In this document: positions 28,300 to 38,347 of the stretch, piece after piece | Position numbering within the stretch: the first letter of the stretch is position 1 | Layout of the letters: the number at the start of each line of letters is the position of its first letter | Source of the DNA: an uncultured delta proteobacterium | Lineage (GTDB): Bacteria > Myxococcota_A > UBA9160 > SMWR01 | Assembly (NCBI GenBank): GCA_963832165.1 | Contig: CAWHTE010000011.1 | Location: forward strand, 288,001-352,000 | Reading direction: 5' to 3' | Length of the DNA stretch: 64,000 nucleotides | Translations under genes and position numbers: made by a program | Notes under the pieces: model-generated | Database searches by the model: none | What the model was told of the DNA's origin: nothing | What the model saw: only the letters and a program-made list of their open reading frames with translations

Positions 28300-30330
28300 A
28301 CCAGTTCCTCCGGATCCACGATCGGCAGGGAGCAGGTGGTGCCGTGGCACACGTAGGCGGCGGGCCGCCCGTCGACCGGCCCGCGGCCCGCGAGCCAGCT
28401 CTCCTCGACGCGTGCGGGCGACGTGCCCGGCGCCGCCACCACGACCGCGTCGTCCGGGCCGAGCACACGGCGCGCGCGCGCCGCGAGTGCTCGGGTGGCG
28501 GGGTCGGCCGGATCGCCCGCGATCAGCGCGAGCGATCCGCCGCGCTCCGCGAACAGCGCGGCGCGTGCGAGCGTCGGGAACGCCTCGGGCATGCGCTCGA
28601 GCGCGGGGCCGTTCGTGCGCAGCACGCGCAGCGCGACGTCGCGCAGGTCGTCGCGGCCCGAGATCTGCGCCGCGCGCAGCAGCGCGAGCACGGCGAGCCC
28701 GGTCGAGTGCGGCGTGGCGCCGTCGTGGTCGGAGCGCGGGCGCTGCGCGAGCGGCTCGCCGTCGGAGGGCGTCAGGAAGAGATCGCCCTCGCCCGGCGTC
28801 GAAGAAGCGCGTCGACGATCGCACGGGCGAGATCCAGCGCGCGCGCGAGGAAGCGGTCGCCCGCGCCCGCGCGGTAGAGATCGAGGTCCGCTTCGAGCAG
28901 CGCCGCGTGGTCGTCGAGGAACGCGAGCACGTGCGCGCGCCCCTCGTTCCAGATCCGCAGCAGGCGACGGTCCTCGTCGTGCAGCTGGTCGGCGAGGAAG
29001 TCGGCGGCAGCCGCGGCGTCGGCGAGCATCGCCGCGTCGCCGAGCAGCGAGCCCGCGCGCGCGAGCCCGGAGATGCACAGCGCATTCCACGAGGTGACGC
29101 GCTTGTGGTCGGTGCCGGGCGCGATGCGCGAGCTGCGCGCCGCGAAGAGCTGTCCGCGCTCGCCCGCGAACTCCGAGCGCGGCTTGCGCGCGCGATCCAT
29201 CAGCACCGTGGTGCCGTGCTCGAAGTTGCCGCGCTCGGTGACCGAGTAGGCGTCGCAGAAGGCTTCGGCCGCGCTCGCCGAGCACGGCGCGCTGCCGATG
29301 CGGGCGTCCACACGTAGAAGAGGCCCTCTTCACCCTCGCTGTCGGCGTCCTGGCTCGCATACCAGCCGCCGTCGGGTGCGCGCAGCTCGCGGTGCAGGAA
29401 CATCGCGGTCTCGCGTATGGGCCACACGAGATCCTCGTCGTTCGCGCCGCTGCGCCGCCACGCCTCGGTGTAGGTGCGCAGCAGCTGGCCCTGGTCGTAG
29501 AGCATCTTCTCGAAGTGCGGCACGCACCAGCGCGCGTCCACGCTGTAGCGGTGGAAGCCGCCGCCGAGATGATCGTAGAGGCCACCGCGCGCCATCTCGC
29601 GGCACGTGAGCACGACGTGGTCGAGCGCCTCGCGCGCCTTGTGCGCAGGCAGCACGTCGCCCGCCGCGAGCAGCAGGTCGAGCGACGTCGGAGTGGGGAA
29701 CTTCGGCGCGCCGCCGAATCCGCCGTGCTCGGTGTCGGCGCGCTGGAGCAGGCGCATCGCGCCCTGCGCGGCGACCTGCGCGCCGGGCACGGTGTCGCCC
29801 GCGAGCGGGCGCCGCGCGAGCGCCTCGGTGATCTCGTCGGCGCTGCGCACGACCTCGTCGCGGCGTTCGCGGTACGCCTGCGCGACGCCCGCGAGCACCT
29901 GGCGGAACGCGGGCATGCCATGGCGCGGTTCGGGCGGGTAGTAGGTGCCGCCGTAGAAGGGCCGGCCGTCGGGCGTGCAGAACACGGTGAGCGGCCAGCC
30001 GCCGTGGCCGGTCAGGCCCGTCACCGTGTCCATGTAGATCTGGTCGACGTCGGGCCGTTCCTCGCGATCGACCTTGATGCACACGAACAGCTCGTTCATG
30101 AGCGCCGCGGTGTCCGCGTCCTCGAACGACTCGTGCTCCATCACGTGGCACCAATGGCACGCGCTGTAGCCGATCGAGACGATCAGCGGCCGGTCCTCGC
30201 GCTGTGCGCGCGCGAGCGCCTCGGGGCCCCAGGGATGCCAGTCCACCGGGTTGTACATGTGCTGGCGCAGGTAGGCGCTCGTCTCGGACGCGAGCCGGTT
30301 CGTCGGGCGATCGGTCGGAGGCGCACTCAA
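28296..30330 (-). CDS. Thioredoxin-domain YyaL/SSP411 family protein (frameshifts near 29300 and 28800)
   Basis: [46 protein letters not shown]...CSLP. Confidence 0.85.
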
Positions 30331-30397
30331 GGGGGGCGGAACCTCGCTCGGGGGCGCTTACACTACGCAACCCCTGCATTCCCTGCGAGAGTCGCGC

Positions 30398-31141
30398 TTG
30401 AAGGAGTCGATCGCCAGCGCCGCACAGCGCGCCGCCGCGTATCTGGACGCGCACGGCGATCGGATCACACGCCTGCGCGCGTCCGCGCTGACGGGGCGCG
30501 CGTTCGCATCCGATGTCGTGGCGCAGCTCGCGCCCGAGCCGTCGAACGCGGCCGCGCTGTGCGAGGCGCTCGCGGTGTGCGACGACCTGCGCGCGCTCGG
30601 CGATCCGCGCGTGGCGGAGTGGGCGGAGCCGCTCGCACGCGGTCAGGCGGCGGACGGCGGCTTCGCGCCCGATCTCCCGCTCGAGGCGCGCCTGTTCGAG
30701 ACCGGCATGATCGCGGGGCACCTCGCGAAGACGCGCTACGTGCGTCCCGATCGGCTCGCCGCCGCGGCGGACTTTCTCGCGCAGCACTGGAACCCCGACC
30801 GCGTGCAGGGCGGCTCGTGGTGCGCGATCGCGGCCCACGCGCACTGCTTCGCGAACGTCGACCACGATGCGTCCGACGCCGTGCTGCAGTGGTGCGGGCG
30901 CGAGCTCTCGCGCGCGTTCATCACGCGCGCATTCGATGCCGTGCGCACCGCGCGCGTGCTCGTGTACTGCGACGCGCACGGACTGCCGGGTGCGCAGCTC
31001 GCGCGCGAGGATCTCGTGGTGGCGCTGCTGACCGAGCAGGGCGCGGACGGCGCCTTCCCGACCTGGCAGGGCGAAGGCGCGCGAGACGCGGTCGCATCCA
31101 CGCTCGACGGGCTCGTTGCGCTGGTGCGGCTGGCTGGCTAG
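30398..31141 (+). CDS. Hypothetical protein with prenyltransferase/squalene-cyclase-like QxxDGxF repeats
   Basis: QAADGGF and QGADGAF. Confidence 0.45.
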   Translation: MKESIASAAQRAAAYLDAHGDRITRLRASALTGRAFASDVVAQLAPEPSNAAALCEALAVCDDLRALGDPRVAEWAEPLARGQAADGGFAPDLPLEARLFETGMIAGHLAKTRYVRPDRLAAAADFLAQHWNPDRVQGGSWCAIAAHAHCFANVDHDASDAVLQWCGRELSRAFITRAFDAVRTARVLVYCDAHGLPGAQLAREDLVVALLTEQGADGAFPTWQGEGARDAVASTLDGLVALVRLAG

Positions 31142-31150
31142 CAAGCGGAG

Positions 31151-31224
31151 CGCGCAGCGAGCTGCAAGTTTCGCGCAGCGAGCCGAAGGCGAGCGAAGAC
31201 CATTCGGTGAGCCGAGCGAAGTTC
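31151..31224 (+). repeat. Intergenic cluster of full and partial GAA-hairpin mini-repeats
   Basis: CGCGCAGCGAGC (31151), CGCGCAGCGAGCCGAAGGCGAGCGAAGACCAT (31172), GCCGAGCGAAGTTC (31211). Confidence 0.75.
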
Positions 31225-31243
31225 GATAAGGTAGGTCGCGCGC

Positions 31244-32896
31244 GTGTTGAACCTCGCCTTCCTCCACGAAGCGATCGCGGCAGCGGTGCCCGGGCGCGAT
31301 TGCCTGGTGTTCCGCGATCGGCGCCTGTCGTGGGCCGACGTGACCGATCGCACGCGCCGGCTCGCACACGTGCTGAGGAGCGCGGGCCTCGGCTGCCGGC
31401 GCGAGCGCGCTGCGCTCGAGAACTGGGAGTCGGGCCAGGACCACGTCGCGCTCTACCTGTCCAACGGCAACGAGTATCTCGAGGGCATGCTCGGCGCGTT
31501 CAAGGCGCGCTGCGTGCCCGTGAACGTGAACTACCGCTACGTCGACGAAGAGCTCGTCTACCTGTTCGAGAACGCGCAGGCGCGCGCGGTGATGTTCCAC
31601 GCGCGCTTCGCGCCCACACTCGCGCGGATCCGCGCGCAGCTCACCGACGTGGTGCTGTGGATCCAGGTCGACGACGGATCCGGCACGCCGCTGCTGCCCG
31701 GCGCGCTCGACTACGAGGCCGCGCTCGCGGGCGCGACTCCCATCGCGCCCGAGGCTCTCTCGCCCGACGACCTCTACGTGCTCTACACGGGAGGCACCAC
31801 GGGCATGCCCAAGGGCGTGCTGTGGCGCCAGGAGGACATCTTCCGCGCGGCGCTCTACCCCCGGCCCGACGCGACCTTCGCAGACGTGGTCGCCTACGCG
31901 CAGAAGGGCGACATCCGCTCGCTGCCCGCGCCGCCGTTCATGCACGGCGCAGCACACTGGGTCGCGTTCAACATGTGGTTCGTCGGCGGCACGATCGTGG
32001 TGCAGTCGCACCCGGACCGGCTCGATCCGGTCGACATCTGGTCGACGATCGCGCGCGAGCGCGTGTCCGCGCTCACGATCGTTGGCGACGCGTTCGGGCG
32101 GCCGCTCGTCGACGAGCTGCGCCGCGCCGCAAGTCGCGCGCAGCGAGCCGAAGGCGAGCAAAGGCCATCAGGCTACGACCTGTCGTCGCTGCGCCTGCTC
32201 ACGTCGGGCGGTGCGATCCTCACCGCGTCGCTCAAGCGCGAGCTCCTGGAGCTGTTGCCGGGCGTGCGTCTGCTCGACGCGCTCGGCTCGTCGGAGAGCG
32301 GCGCTCAGGCCAGCCACGCTTCGCTCGATGCGGACAGCGCCGAGACCGGGCACTTCCAGCTCGCGCCCGGAAATCTCGTGCTGCGCGAAGACCTCACGGG
32401 TCCGGTCGCGCCCGGCGGTGGTGAGCAGGGTTGGCTCGCGCGCAGCGGCGCGGTGCCGCTCGGCTACTTCCGCGACGCCGAGAAGACCGCGAAGACCTTC
32501 CCCGTGATCGGCGGCATGCGTTATGCGGTGCCGGGCGACCGCGCGATGCTCGAGGCCGACGGCCGCCTGCGCCTGCTCGGACGCGACTCGGTGACGATCA
32601 ACACGGGCGGCGAGAAGGTGTTCGCGGAGGAGGTCGAGCAGGCGCTCAAGCATCACCCCGCGGTGTACGACGCCGTGGTCGTCGGCACGCCGCACGCGCG
32701 CTGGGGCCAGCAGGTCACCGCGGTGGTGCGGCTGCGCGCGGGTGAATCGCCGTCGGAGGAGGCGCTGCTCGCGGTCGCGCGCGCCCACATCGCCGCGTAC
32801 AAGCTCCCGAAGCGCTTCGTGTTCGTGGACGAGATCCGGCGTTCGCCGAGCGGCAAGGCCGACTATCGCTGGGCGAAGGAAGCGGCGCTGGAGTAG
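31244..32896 (+). CDS. Acyl-CoA synthetase (FadD19-like) with an in-frame mini-repeat
   Basis: YTGGTTGMPKG, GSSE, INTGGEKVFAEEVE, RSPSGKADY. Confidence 0.9.
   Translation: MLNLAFLHEAIAAAVPGRDCLVFRDRRLSWADVTDRTRRLAHVLRSAGLGCRRERAALENWESGQDHVALYLSNGNEYLEGMLGAFKARCVPVNVNYRYVDEELVYLFENAQARAVMFHARFAPTLARIRAQLTDVVLWIQVDDGSGTPLLPGALDYEAALAGATPIAPEALSPDDLYVLYTGGTTGMPKGVLWRQEDIFRAALYPRPDATFADVVAYAQKGDIRSLPAPPFMHGAAHWVAFNMWFVGGTIVVQSHPDRLDPVDIWSTIARERVSALTIVGDAFGRPLVDELRRAASRAQRAEGEQRPSGYDLSSLRLLTSGGAILTASLKRELLELLPGVRLLDALGSSESGAQASHASLDADSAETGHFQLAPGNLVLREDLTGPVAPGGGEQGWLARSGAVPLGYFRDAEKTAKTFPVIGGMRYAVPGDRAMLEADGRLRLLGRDSVTINTGGEKVFAEEVEQALKHHPAVYDAVVVGTPHARWGQQVTAVVRLRAGESPSEEALLAVARAHIAAYKLPKRFVFVDEIRRSPSGKADYRWAKEAALE
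32137..32169 (+). repeat. In-frame GAA-hairpin mini-repeat (encodes RAQRAEGEQRPS)
   Basis: CGCGCAGCGAGCCGAAGGCGAGCAAAGGCCAT; differs from the 31172 copy at two positions. Confidence 0.8.
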
Positions 32897-32903
32897 GGGC
32901 GGA

Positions 32904-33635
32904 TCACAAAGACCGCGCGAGCGCCTCGGAGAGCCGCCGGATCCGCGCTGCATTCGCACCGAGGTCGCCTCGACCCTCGCGCGACTTCGAGCGCATGTCG
33001 ACGATCGCGCCGCTCGGTTGCGGGCGGATCCGGATGACGATGTCGTCGACGAAGCGGAAGATGCGCGAGGTGTCGGTCGCCTCGATCGTGCCCGTGCTCG
33101 GATCGGCCGCGGCGACCTTCCAGCCGAACGTCGCGATCAACGCCTCCACGCGATCGAAGATCTCCTCGGGCGCGCCGGCTACGGCGATCGGCGCGAGATC
33201 GGGATAGGCGGCGCGCTGCTGGCTCGCGAACGCCTCGCCCGGATAGCTCATGTCGCGGCCCTCGTTGGGCCCCTCGTGCAGGAGCGCGGCGAACTGCGGC
33301 GGATCATCGGGATTGGTCGTGATGTCGTTGATCGGGGGCAGGCCCGCGGCCGATCCCGCCGCGAACCCGACACCGGCGAGCACCGCGACGCCGAGCGCAA
33401 CCGCGCCCCAGGCGAGTCCGCGCCCGGCGCGGCCGCGGCCGGCGCGCGTGGTGTAGAGCGCGATGAGGCCGAGCAGCAGACCGAGCAGCCCGAGCAGGCC
33501 GCCCAGCATGAACAGCGGGAACGACATCCGCGACGGCATCGCGCCCATCTTCGTGACGAGCGGCATTCCCGCGAACAGAATCGCCGAGACGGATGCGATC
33601 GCGATCGCGAGCTGGGAGAGGCGCGAGGTGTGCAC
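32904..33635 (-). CDS. DUF1499 family membrane protein
   Basis: PPINDITT..DDPPQF, QRAAYPDL, FRFVDD, RSKSREGRGDLGANAARI. Confidence 0.85.
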   Translation of the reverse strand: MHTSRLSQLAIAIASVSAILFAGMPLVTKMGAMPSRMSFPLFMLGGLLGLLGLLLGLIALYTTRAGRGRAGRGLAWGAVALGVAVLAGVGFAAGSAAGLPPINDITTNPDDPPQFAALLHEGPNEGRDMSYPGEAFASQQRAAYPDLAPIAVAGAPEEIFDRVEALIATFGWKVAAADPSTGTIEATDTSRIFRFVDDIVIRIRPQPSGAIVDMRSKSREGRGDLGANAARIRRLSEALARSL

Positions 33636-33722
33636 GGGGACCTCCCTGAAGCGGCGGCGCAGCATACCACGCGGCCGCGCGGGGAATTGGCCCAGATGCG
33701 CGGCCCGCCGAGAGCTTCTGGC

Positions 33723-34328
33723 TCAATCCGCGCGCAGCATCAGCCGCAGGATCTCGACCGCCTTGTCGAGATCGGGCTTCTCCCCGGCGATCGTGTCGGC
33801 GTACAGGAACGACTCGCCGATCCGCACCAATGCGTACGCCATCGTGTGCGCGTCGACGGGCAGCGAGAGCGCCCCGCTCTTCATCTCCTCCTCGATCAGC
33901 TGCGTGTTCAGCGCGATCGTGCGCGACTGCACGGGCGCCTCCTTCGAGGCGACGATCCGCAGCGCGCGCTCGGGATCGCGCCGGATGAACGCCTGGTACG
34001 GCTTCGACGTCGCGATGTAGCGGAGCCCGCGCGCGGTGGCGTCGACGATCCGGGCGGCGCCCTTCCCCTTGGCTTCGCGCACCGAGCGCTGGAAGGTGTC
34101 CTCGACGAGCGACGCGATCACGTGCGCCGCGAGCAGGTCCGCGTTGCCGGCCCAGCGGTACGCGGTGGCGCGCGAGATCCCGAGCTCGGCGGCGAGCTCC
34201 TCGAGGCCGATCCGCTCGCCCGCCAGGAAGTGCCGGCGCGCCACGGCGCGCAGATCGGCCTCGGTCGCCACGGGGCGCAGGCCAGTAAGCACCGGACGGG
34301 CCTTGGTTTTTCTCTGCCGGGTCGGCAT
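33723..34328 (-). CDS. TetR/QsdR-family transcriptional regulator
   Basis: LAAELGISRATAYRWAGN HTH; AYALVRIGESFLY. Confidence 0.85.
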   Translation of the reverse strand: MPTRQRKTKARPVLTGLRPVATEADLRAVARRHFLAGERIGLEELAAELGISRATAYRWAGNADLLAAHVIASLVEDTFQRSVREAKGKGAARIVDATARGLRYIATSKPYQAFIRRDPERALRIVASKEAPVQSRTIALNTQLIEEEMKSGALSLPVDAHTMAYALVRIGESFLYADTIAGEKPDLDKAVEILRLMLRAD

Positions 34329-34350
34329 GGCGAATTTTTCCCCTTGACGA

Positions 34351-34406
34351 GATGAGACATTTTGTTCGAAAGTCTCACATGAGACAAATATTATAAACGT
34401 CTCATC
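34351..34406. promoter_or_regulatory. Tandem operators TGAGAC-N13-GTCTCA in a divergent promoter
   Basis: Perfect copies at 34353-34377 and 34380-34404 with AT-rich spacers. Confidence 0.8.
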
Positions 34407-34429
34407 ACGAATTCAACCCGGAGGGAGCC

Positions 34430-35806
34430 ATGGACTCGAACGACCGGACTGCCGAACAAGACCGCCCGACCGTGGACCTGACCCGCCGCCGCCTGTTGAT
34501 TGGCGCGGCCGCCGGCGCGCTCAGCGTCCCGCTGTTCCGCGGCGTCGCTGCGGCCGCAAGCGCCGCGCCCGACGGCCTCGTGCGCGAGCCGGCCGGCGGC
34601 GTGGTCTCGGGAGCCTGGGACCCGCGTTTCCGGCGCGTACGTGACCAGTTCGTGCGGAACTTCAGCGAACGCGGCGAAGTGGGCGCAGCCGTATCCGTGA
34701 TCGCCGGGGGACGGCGGGTGATCGACCTCTGGGGCGGCACCGCGCGAGTCGACACGGGTGCGCCGTGGCAGAAGGACACGATCGTCCACGTCTGGTCGTG
34801 CACGAAGGGTGCGACCGCACTGTGCGCGCACATCCTGGCCGCGCGTGGGTTGCTCGATCTCGACGCGCTCGTCACCGACTACTGGCCCGAGTACGGCCAG
34901 AACGGCAAGGGCGGCACGACCGTGGCGATGCTGCTCTCGCACCAGGCCGGCGTGCCCGCGATCCGCGAGCCGCTGCCGCCCGGCGCATTCTACGACACCG
35001 AGTTCATGACCGAGACACTCGCCGCCGAGGCGCCGTTCTGGGAGCCGGGCACGCGCCACGGCTATCACGCGCTCACGTTCGGCTTCCTGGTCGGCGAGCT
35101 CGTGCGGCGCGTCTCCGGCAAGTCGCTCGGAGAGTTCTTCCGCGACGAGATCGCTGACCGCTTCGACATCGACTTCTCGATGGGCCTCGCCGACAGCCAG
35201 GTCGGTCGGCTCGCTCCGATCATTCCCGCCGATCCGCCTGCGCCGCCGTTCCCGAACTACCTGCTCGCGGCACTCACCGACCCGACCTCGATCCAGGCGC
35301 TGATCTTCTTCAACAGCGGCGGCTTCCTGAACCCGGGCGAGGCCGAGTCAGCCGCGGCGCGCGCGCAGACCGAGATCGGCGCGTCGGGAGGATTCACGAA
35401 CGCGCGCGCGCTCGCGCGCATGTACCACCTGCTCGTCGACCCGCGCCTCGCGCTGCCGCTCGTTGGACGCTCGGGGCTCGTGCGCATGTCGCGGGTTCAT
35501 TCGGCAGGCTTCGACCAGTTCGGTCTGATCCATTCACGCTTCGCACTCGGCTACGTGAAGTCGATCGACAACCGGCTCGGTACCCCCGGCAACCAGGACA
35601 GCGACATCGTGTCCGAGGATGCGTTCCATCACTCGGGCTTCGGCGGCTCGATCGGACTCGCCGATCCGCGCGCCGGCTTCTCGCTCGGCTACGTGATGAA
35701 CAAGCAGGGCCAGGGCACGCTGTTCAACCCGCGCGGCCAGAGCCTCGTCGACGCGACCTACCAGTCGCTCGGCTATACGGAGGTGGCGGGCAACTTCGTG
35801 CGCTAG
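34430..35806 (+). CDS. Tat-exported serine hydrolase (beta-lactamase-fold esterase)
   Basis: TRRRLL twin-Arg signal, SCTK, LLSHQAG, HGYH, HSGFGG. Confidence 0.85.
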   Translation: MDSNDRTAEQDRPTVDLTRRRLLIGAAAGALSVPLFRGVAAAASAAPDGLVREPAGGVVSGAWDPRFRRVRDQFVRNFSERGEVGAAVSVIAGGRRVIDLWGGTARVDTGAPWQKDTIVHVWSCTKGATALCAHILAARGLLDLDALVTDYWPEYGQNGKGGTTVAMLLSHQAGVPAIREPLPPGAFYDTEFMTETLAAEAPFWEPGTRHGYHALTFGFLVGELVRRVSGKSLGEFFRDEIADRFDIDFSMGLADSQVGRLAPIIPADPPAPPFPNYLLAALTDPTSIQALIFFNSGGFLNPGEAESAAARAQTEIGASGGFTNARALARMYHLLVDPRLALPLVGRSGLVRMSRVHSAGFDQFGLIHSRFALGYVKSIDNRLGTPGNQDSDIVSEDAFHHSGFGGSIGLADPRAGFSLGYVMNKQGQGTLFNPRGQSLVDATYQSLGYTEVAGNFVR

Positions 35807-36669
35807 CCCTGGCCGGCGCGCGTCGCGCCTGCGACGAGCTCGTAGAGCGGGGAGGGGAGCTCCGGGGCGTCCGCGTCGGCGACGATCAGCCAGCGGCCCG
35901 GTTCATCGTCCGGCTGCCACCACGCGAGCCCCTCGGCCTTGACGTCGGGGCGCAGGCGCGCGATCAGCTGCGGCCGGAGCGCTGTGTCGAAGCACCCGAG
36001 CACGCTGCCCGCGCACGGAGCGTCTTCGTAGGGATCGTCGGTGGCTTCCGCGGCCGCGAGGAAGTGGAGCCCGAGCGCCGGGTGCACCGCGAGGTCCGTG
36101 AGCGTGAGCGGAATGCCGTCGAGGACGGGCAGCGCGACCGCGACGATCGACTGATAAGCGGCCGCGTCCAACGCATCCTCGAGCTTGGAGATCGCAGCCG
36201 ACCCGTCGAGCCACACGAGCGCGCTCGCGCTCCGGCGGCCGACGCCGCGGTGGGCGAGCACCCAGCGGTCGCCGTCGCGCGCCGCACCCTCGATGTTGAT
36301 CGCGCCGAGCTCCGCGCGCAGCCGCGCGTAGAGCGGCGCGAGGTCGAGCGACCGGGCGGAGTCGCGGCGCGGGTCGAATAGCAGGGCGCGTTCCCGGTTC
36401 GGCCGCGAGCCGGAGCCGAAGGCGAGCAGCCGCCCGTCCGGCAGCTCGAGCAGCGCCTCGAGGTCGGGCTTCGCCTTCTTCGCGATCGGCGCCTCCGGCG
36501 CGCCATCCGCTGCCGGCACGTCGGGCAGCCGGCCGCCGTCGAGCCGATACCGGCGCAGCCGCTCGCCGTCGTCGGCGATCACGTGCGCGACGCCGTCGCG
36601 CACGACGAGCCCGCTCGCAGCGCTGACGTCGATGCGAAACCGCTCACGCAGGACGGCGTCGTGCAGCAT
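35803..36669 (-). CDS. Hypothetical beta-propeller-like protein
   Basis: SAASGL, KPDLEA, FGSGS, NIEG, KAEGL repeated motifs. Confidence 0.55.
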   Translation of the reverse strand: MLHDAVLRERFRIDVSAASGLVVRDGVAHVIADDGERLRRYRLDGGRLPDVPAADGAPEAPIAKKAKPDLEALLELPDGRLLAFGSGSRPNRERALLFDPRRDSARSLDLAPLYARLRAELGAINIEGAARDGDRWVLAHRGVGRRSASALVWLDGSAAISKLEDALDAAAYQSIVAVALPVLDGIPLTLTDLAVHPALGLHFLAAAEATDDPYEDAPCAGSVLGCFDTALRPQLIARLRPDVKAEGLAWWQPDDEPGRWLIVADADAPELPSPLYELVAGATRAGQG

Positions 36670-36757
36670 TTACAAAACCACGTTAGCCGCTTATCGATCG
36701 CCGCGGCGGCTAGTTTCCGCGGTAAAGATCGACGCCGGCGCAGCCGACTACTGCGGC

Positions 36758-37504
36758 GTGGAAGAGAGCAGCTACGAGCGATCGGCGCTGGTACTCGATG
36801 GGGACGACCATCGGCTCGCGCAGGCGTCGGCGTCCCTGGCCGTGCTAGGGCACCGGATGCTCTATTCCGATGACCTCGACGAGATGATTCGTCACGCGGC
36901 CGAATACCGCGAGCAGATGGGTGCGCTCCTGCTGCCGGCAGCGCATGCGATGGACTGGTGGCCAACCGTGCGCAAGTGGGTGGTCGAGCCGATCGGGATC
37001 GCGCCCCGCTCGGTGCTTCCCGTGGGCGAGTCGATCGCCGCATCCGATGCCGAGTCGCTCCATTCCGATGGGCTGCGCTGGATGCTCCGCGAGCCGTTCT
37101 CTCCGCAGGAGTTGCGCTTCGCCGTGAGCAAGGTGCTCGCCGAAGCCGACCCGGACGAGCTCCGGATCGAGACCCGGGTTCCCTGTTCGATTCCCGTCGA
37201 GGTGGAGTCGCCGCATCGCACCGTGACGGCTCACCTGACCGATCACTCCACGAGCGGCGCGTTCGTCCAGCTCGCCCATCCTCAGCGCGAAGGAGCGCGG
37301 TTGGTGGTGCGCGCCGAGCTGTGCGGGCGCTCCGTCTCGCTGAACGCGCGCGTGGCCTGGCGCGGCGGTCCGCGCTCACCGAGCTGGCTCGATCGCGGCA
37401 TGGGCGTCGTGTTCGAGCGGCTCGAGATCGAAACGATCGACCTGTTGCTCCGACAGACCGATCGCGTGCTCGATCGGTTTCGCCTGCTCCCGCACGCGAC
37501 CTAA
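36758..37504 (+). CDS. Receiver-like plus PilZ domain protein
   Basis: RIETR (RxxxR), DHSTSG (DxSxxG), GMGVVF; start uncertain. Confidence 0.7.
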   Translation: MEESSYERSALVLDGDDHRLAQASASLAVLGHRMLYSDDLDEMIRHAAEYREQMGALLLPAAHAMDWWPTVRKWVVEPIGIAPRSVLPVGESIAASDAESLHSDGLRWMLREPFSPQELRFAVSKVLAEADPDELRIETRVPCSIPVEVESPHRTVTAHLTDHSTSGAFVQLAHPQREGARLVVRAELCGRSVSLNARVAWRGGPRSPSWLDRGMGVVFERLEIETIDLLLRQTDRVLDRFRLLPHAT

Positions 37505-37565
37505 TCGCTCTCCCCGACATCGCGCCGTTGAAGCGATCACGGGCCGCCTCCATTACTGTTGGCGC

Positions 37566-38339
37566 ATGGATCTCATCCGAAGCGAACGGCGCGGCGCGGT
37601 TGCGCTGCTCACGCTCGACCGCCCGCAGGCGCTGAATGCGCTCGACGCCGCGACGCTCGAGGCACTCGAGGCGCGGGTCGGCGAGGTGGCGCGCGATCCG
37701 GGCGTGCGCGCGCTGGTGCTGACCGGCGAGGGGCGCGCGTTCGCCGCGGGCGCCGACATCGCGGCGATGCGCCCGTTCAGCGCAGCCGATGCCGGCGCGT
37801 TCAGCCGGCTCGGACACCGCGCGTTCGCGGCGTTGGAAGAGCTCGCAATTCCCACGATCGCAGCCGTGAACGGCTATGCGCTCGGCGGCGGCTGCGAGCT
37901 CGCGTGCGCGTGTGACTGGATCTACGCGTCCGCGAAGGCGCGCTTCGGCCAGCCCGAGGTGAACCTCGGCATCCTGCCCGGGTTCGGCGGCACGAGCCGG
38001 CTCGTGCGCCGTGTCGGGATCGCGTGGGCGAAGGAGATCGTGCTCACGGGCGAGCCGATCGACGCCGAGCAGGCGTTGCGGATCGGGCTCGTCAACCGCG
38101 TGTTCGAGCCCGACGCACTCCTGCCCGCGGCGCTCGCGGCGGGCGAGAAGATCGCCGAGAAGGGCCCGCTCGCCGTTGGCGCGGCCAAACGCGTGCTCGG
38201 GCAGGGCCAGGACGCCGATTCGCGCGTCGCGCACGCGCTCGAGCAGGAGGCGTTCGCAGCCGCATTCGCCACCGAGGATCGCGCCGAGGGCATGGCCGCG
38301 TTCCTCGAGAAGCGCGCGCCCGTGTTCAAGGGGCGTTAG
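37566..38339 (+). CDS. Enoyl-CoA hydratase
   Basis: AFAAGADI, GYALGGGCE, GQPEVNLGILPGFGG. Confidence 0.9.
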   Translation: MDLIRSERRGAVALLTLDRPQALNALDAATLEALEARVGEVARDPGVRALVLTGEGRAFAAGADIAAMRPFSAADAGAFSRLGHRAFAALEELAIPTIAAVNGYALGGGCELACACDWIYASAKARFGQPEVNLGILPGFGGTSRLVRRVGIAWAKEIVLTGEPIDAEQALRIGLVNRVFEPDALLPAALAAGEKIAEKGPLAVGAAKRVLGQGQDADSRVAHALEQEAFAAAFATEDRAEGMAAFLEKRAPVFKGR

Positions 38340-38347
38340 GCACGGCG

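Noticed and set aside
27274..32424. Very long overlapping ORFs (603, 943 and 1010 aa) and similar Arg/Ala/Pro-rich ORFs throughout the window
   Set aside because: Shadow frames expected at high GC; they overlap genes with recognisable motifs.
34430..35806. Antibiotic-resistance beta-lactamase
   Set aside because: The motifs (LLSHQAG, HGYH, HSGFGG) fit esterase-type members of the fold better.
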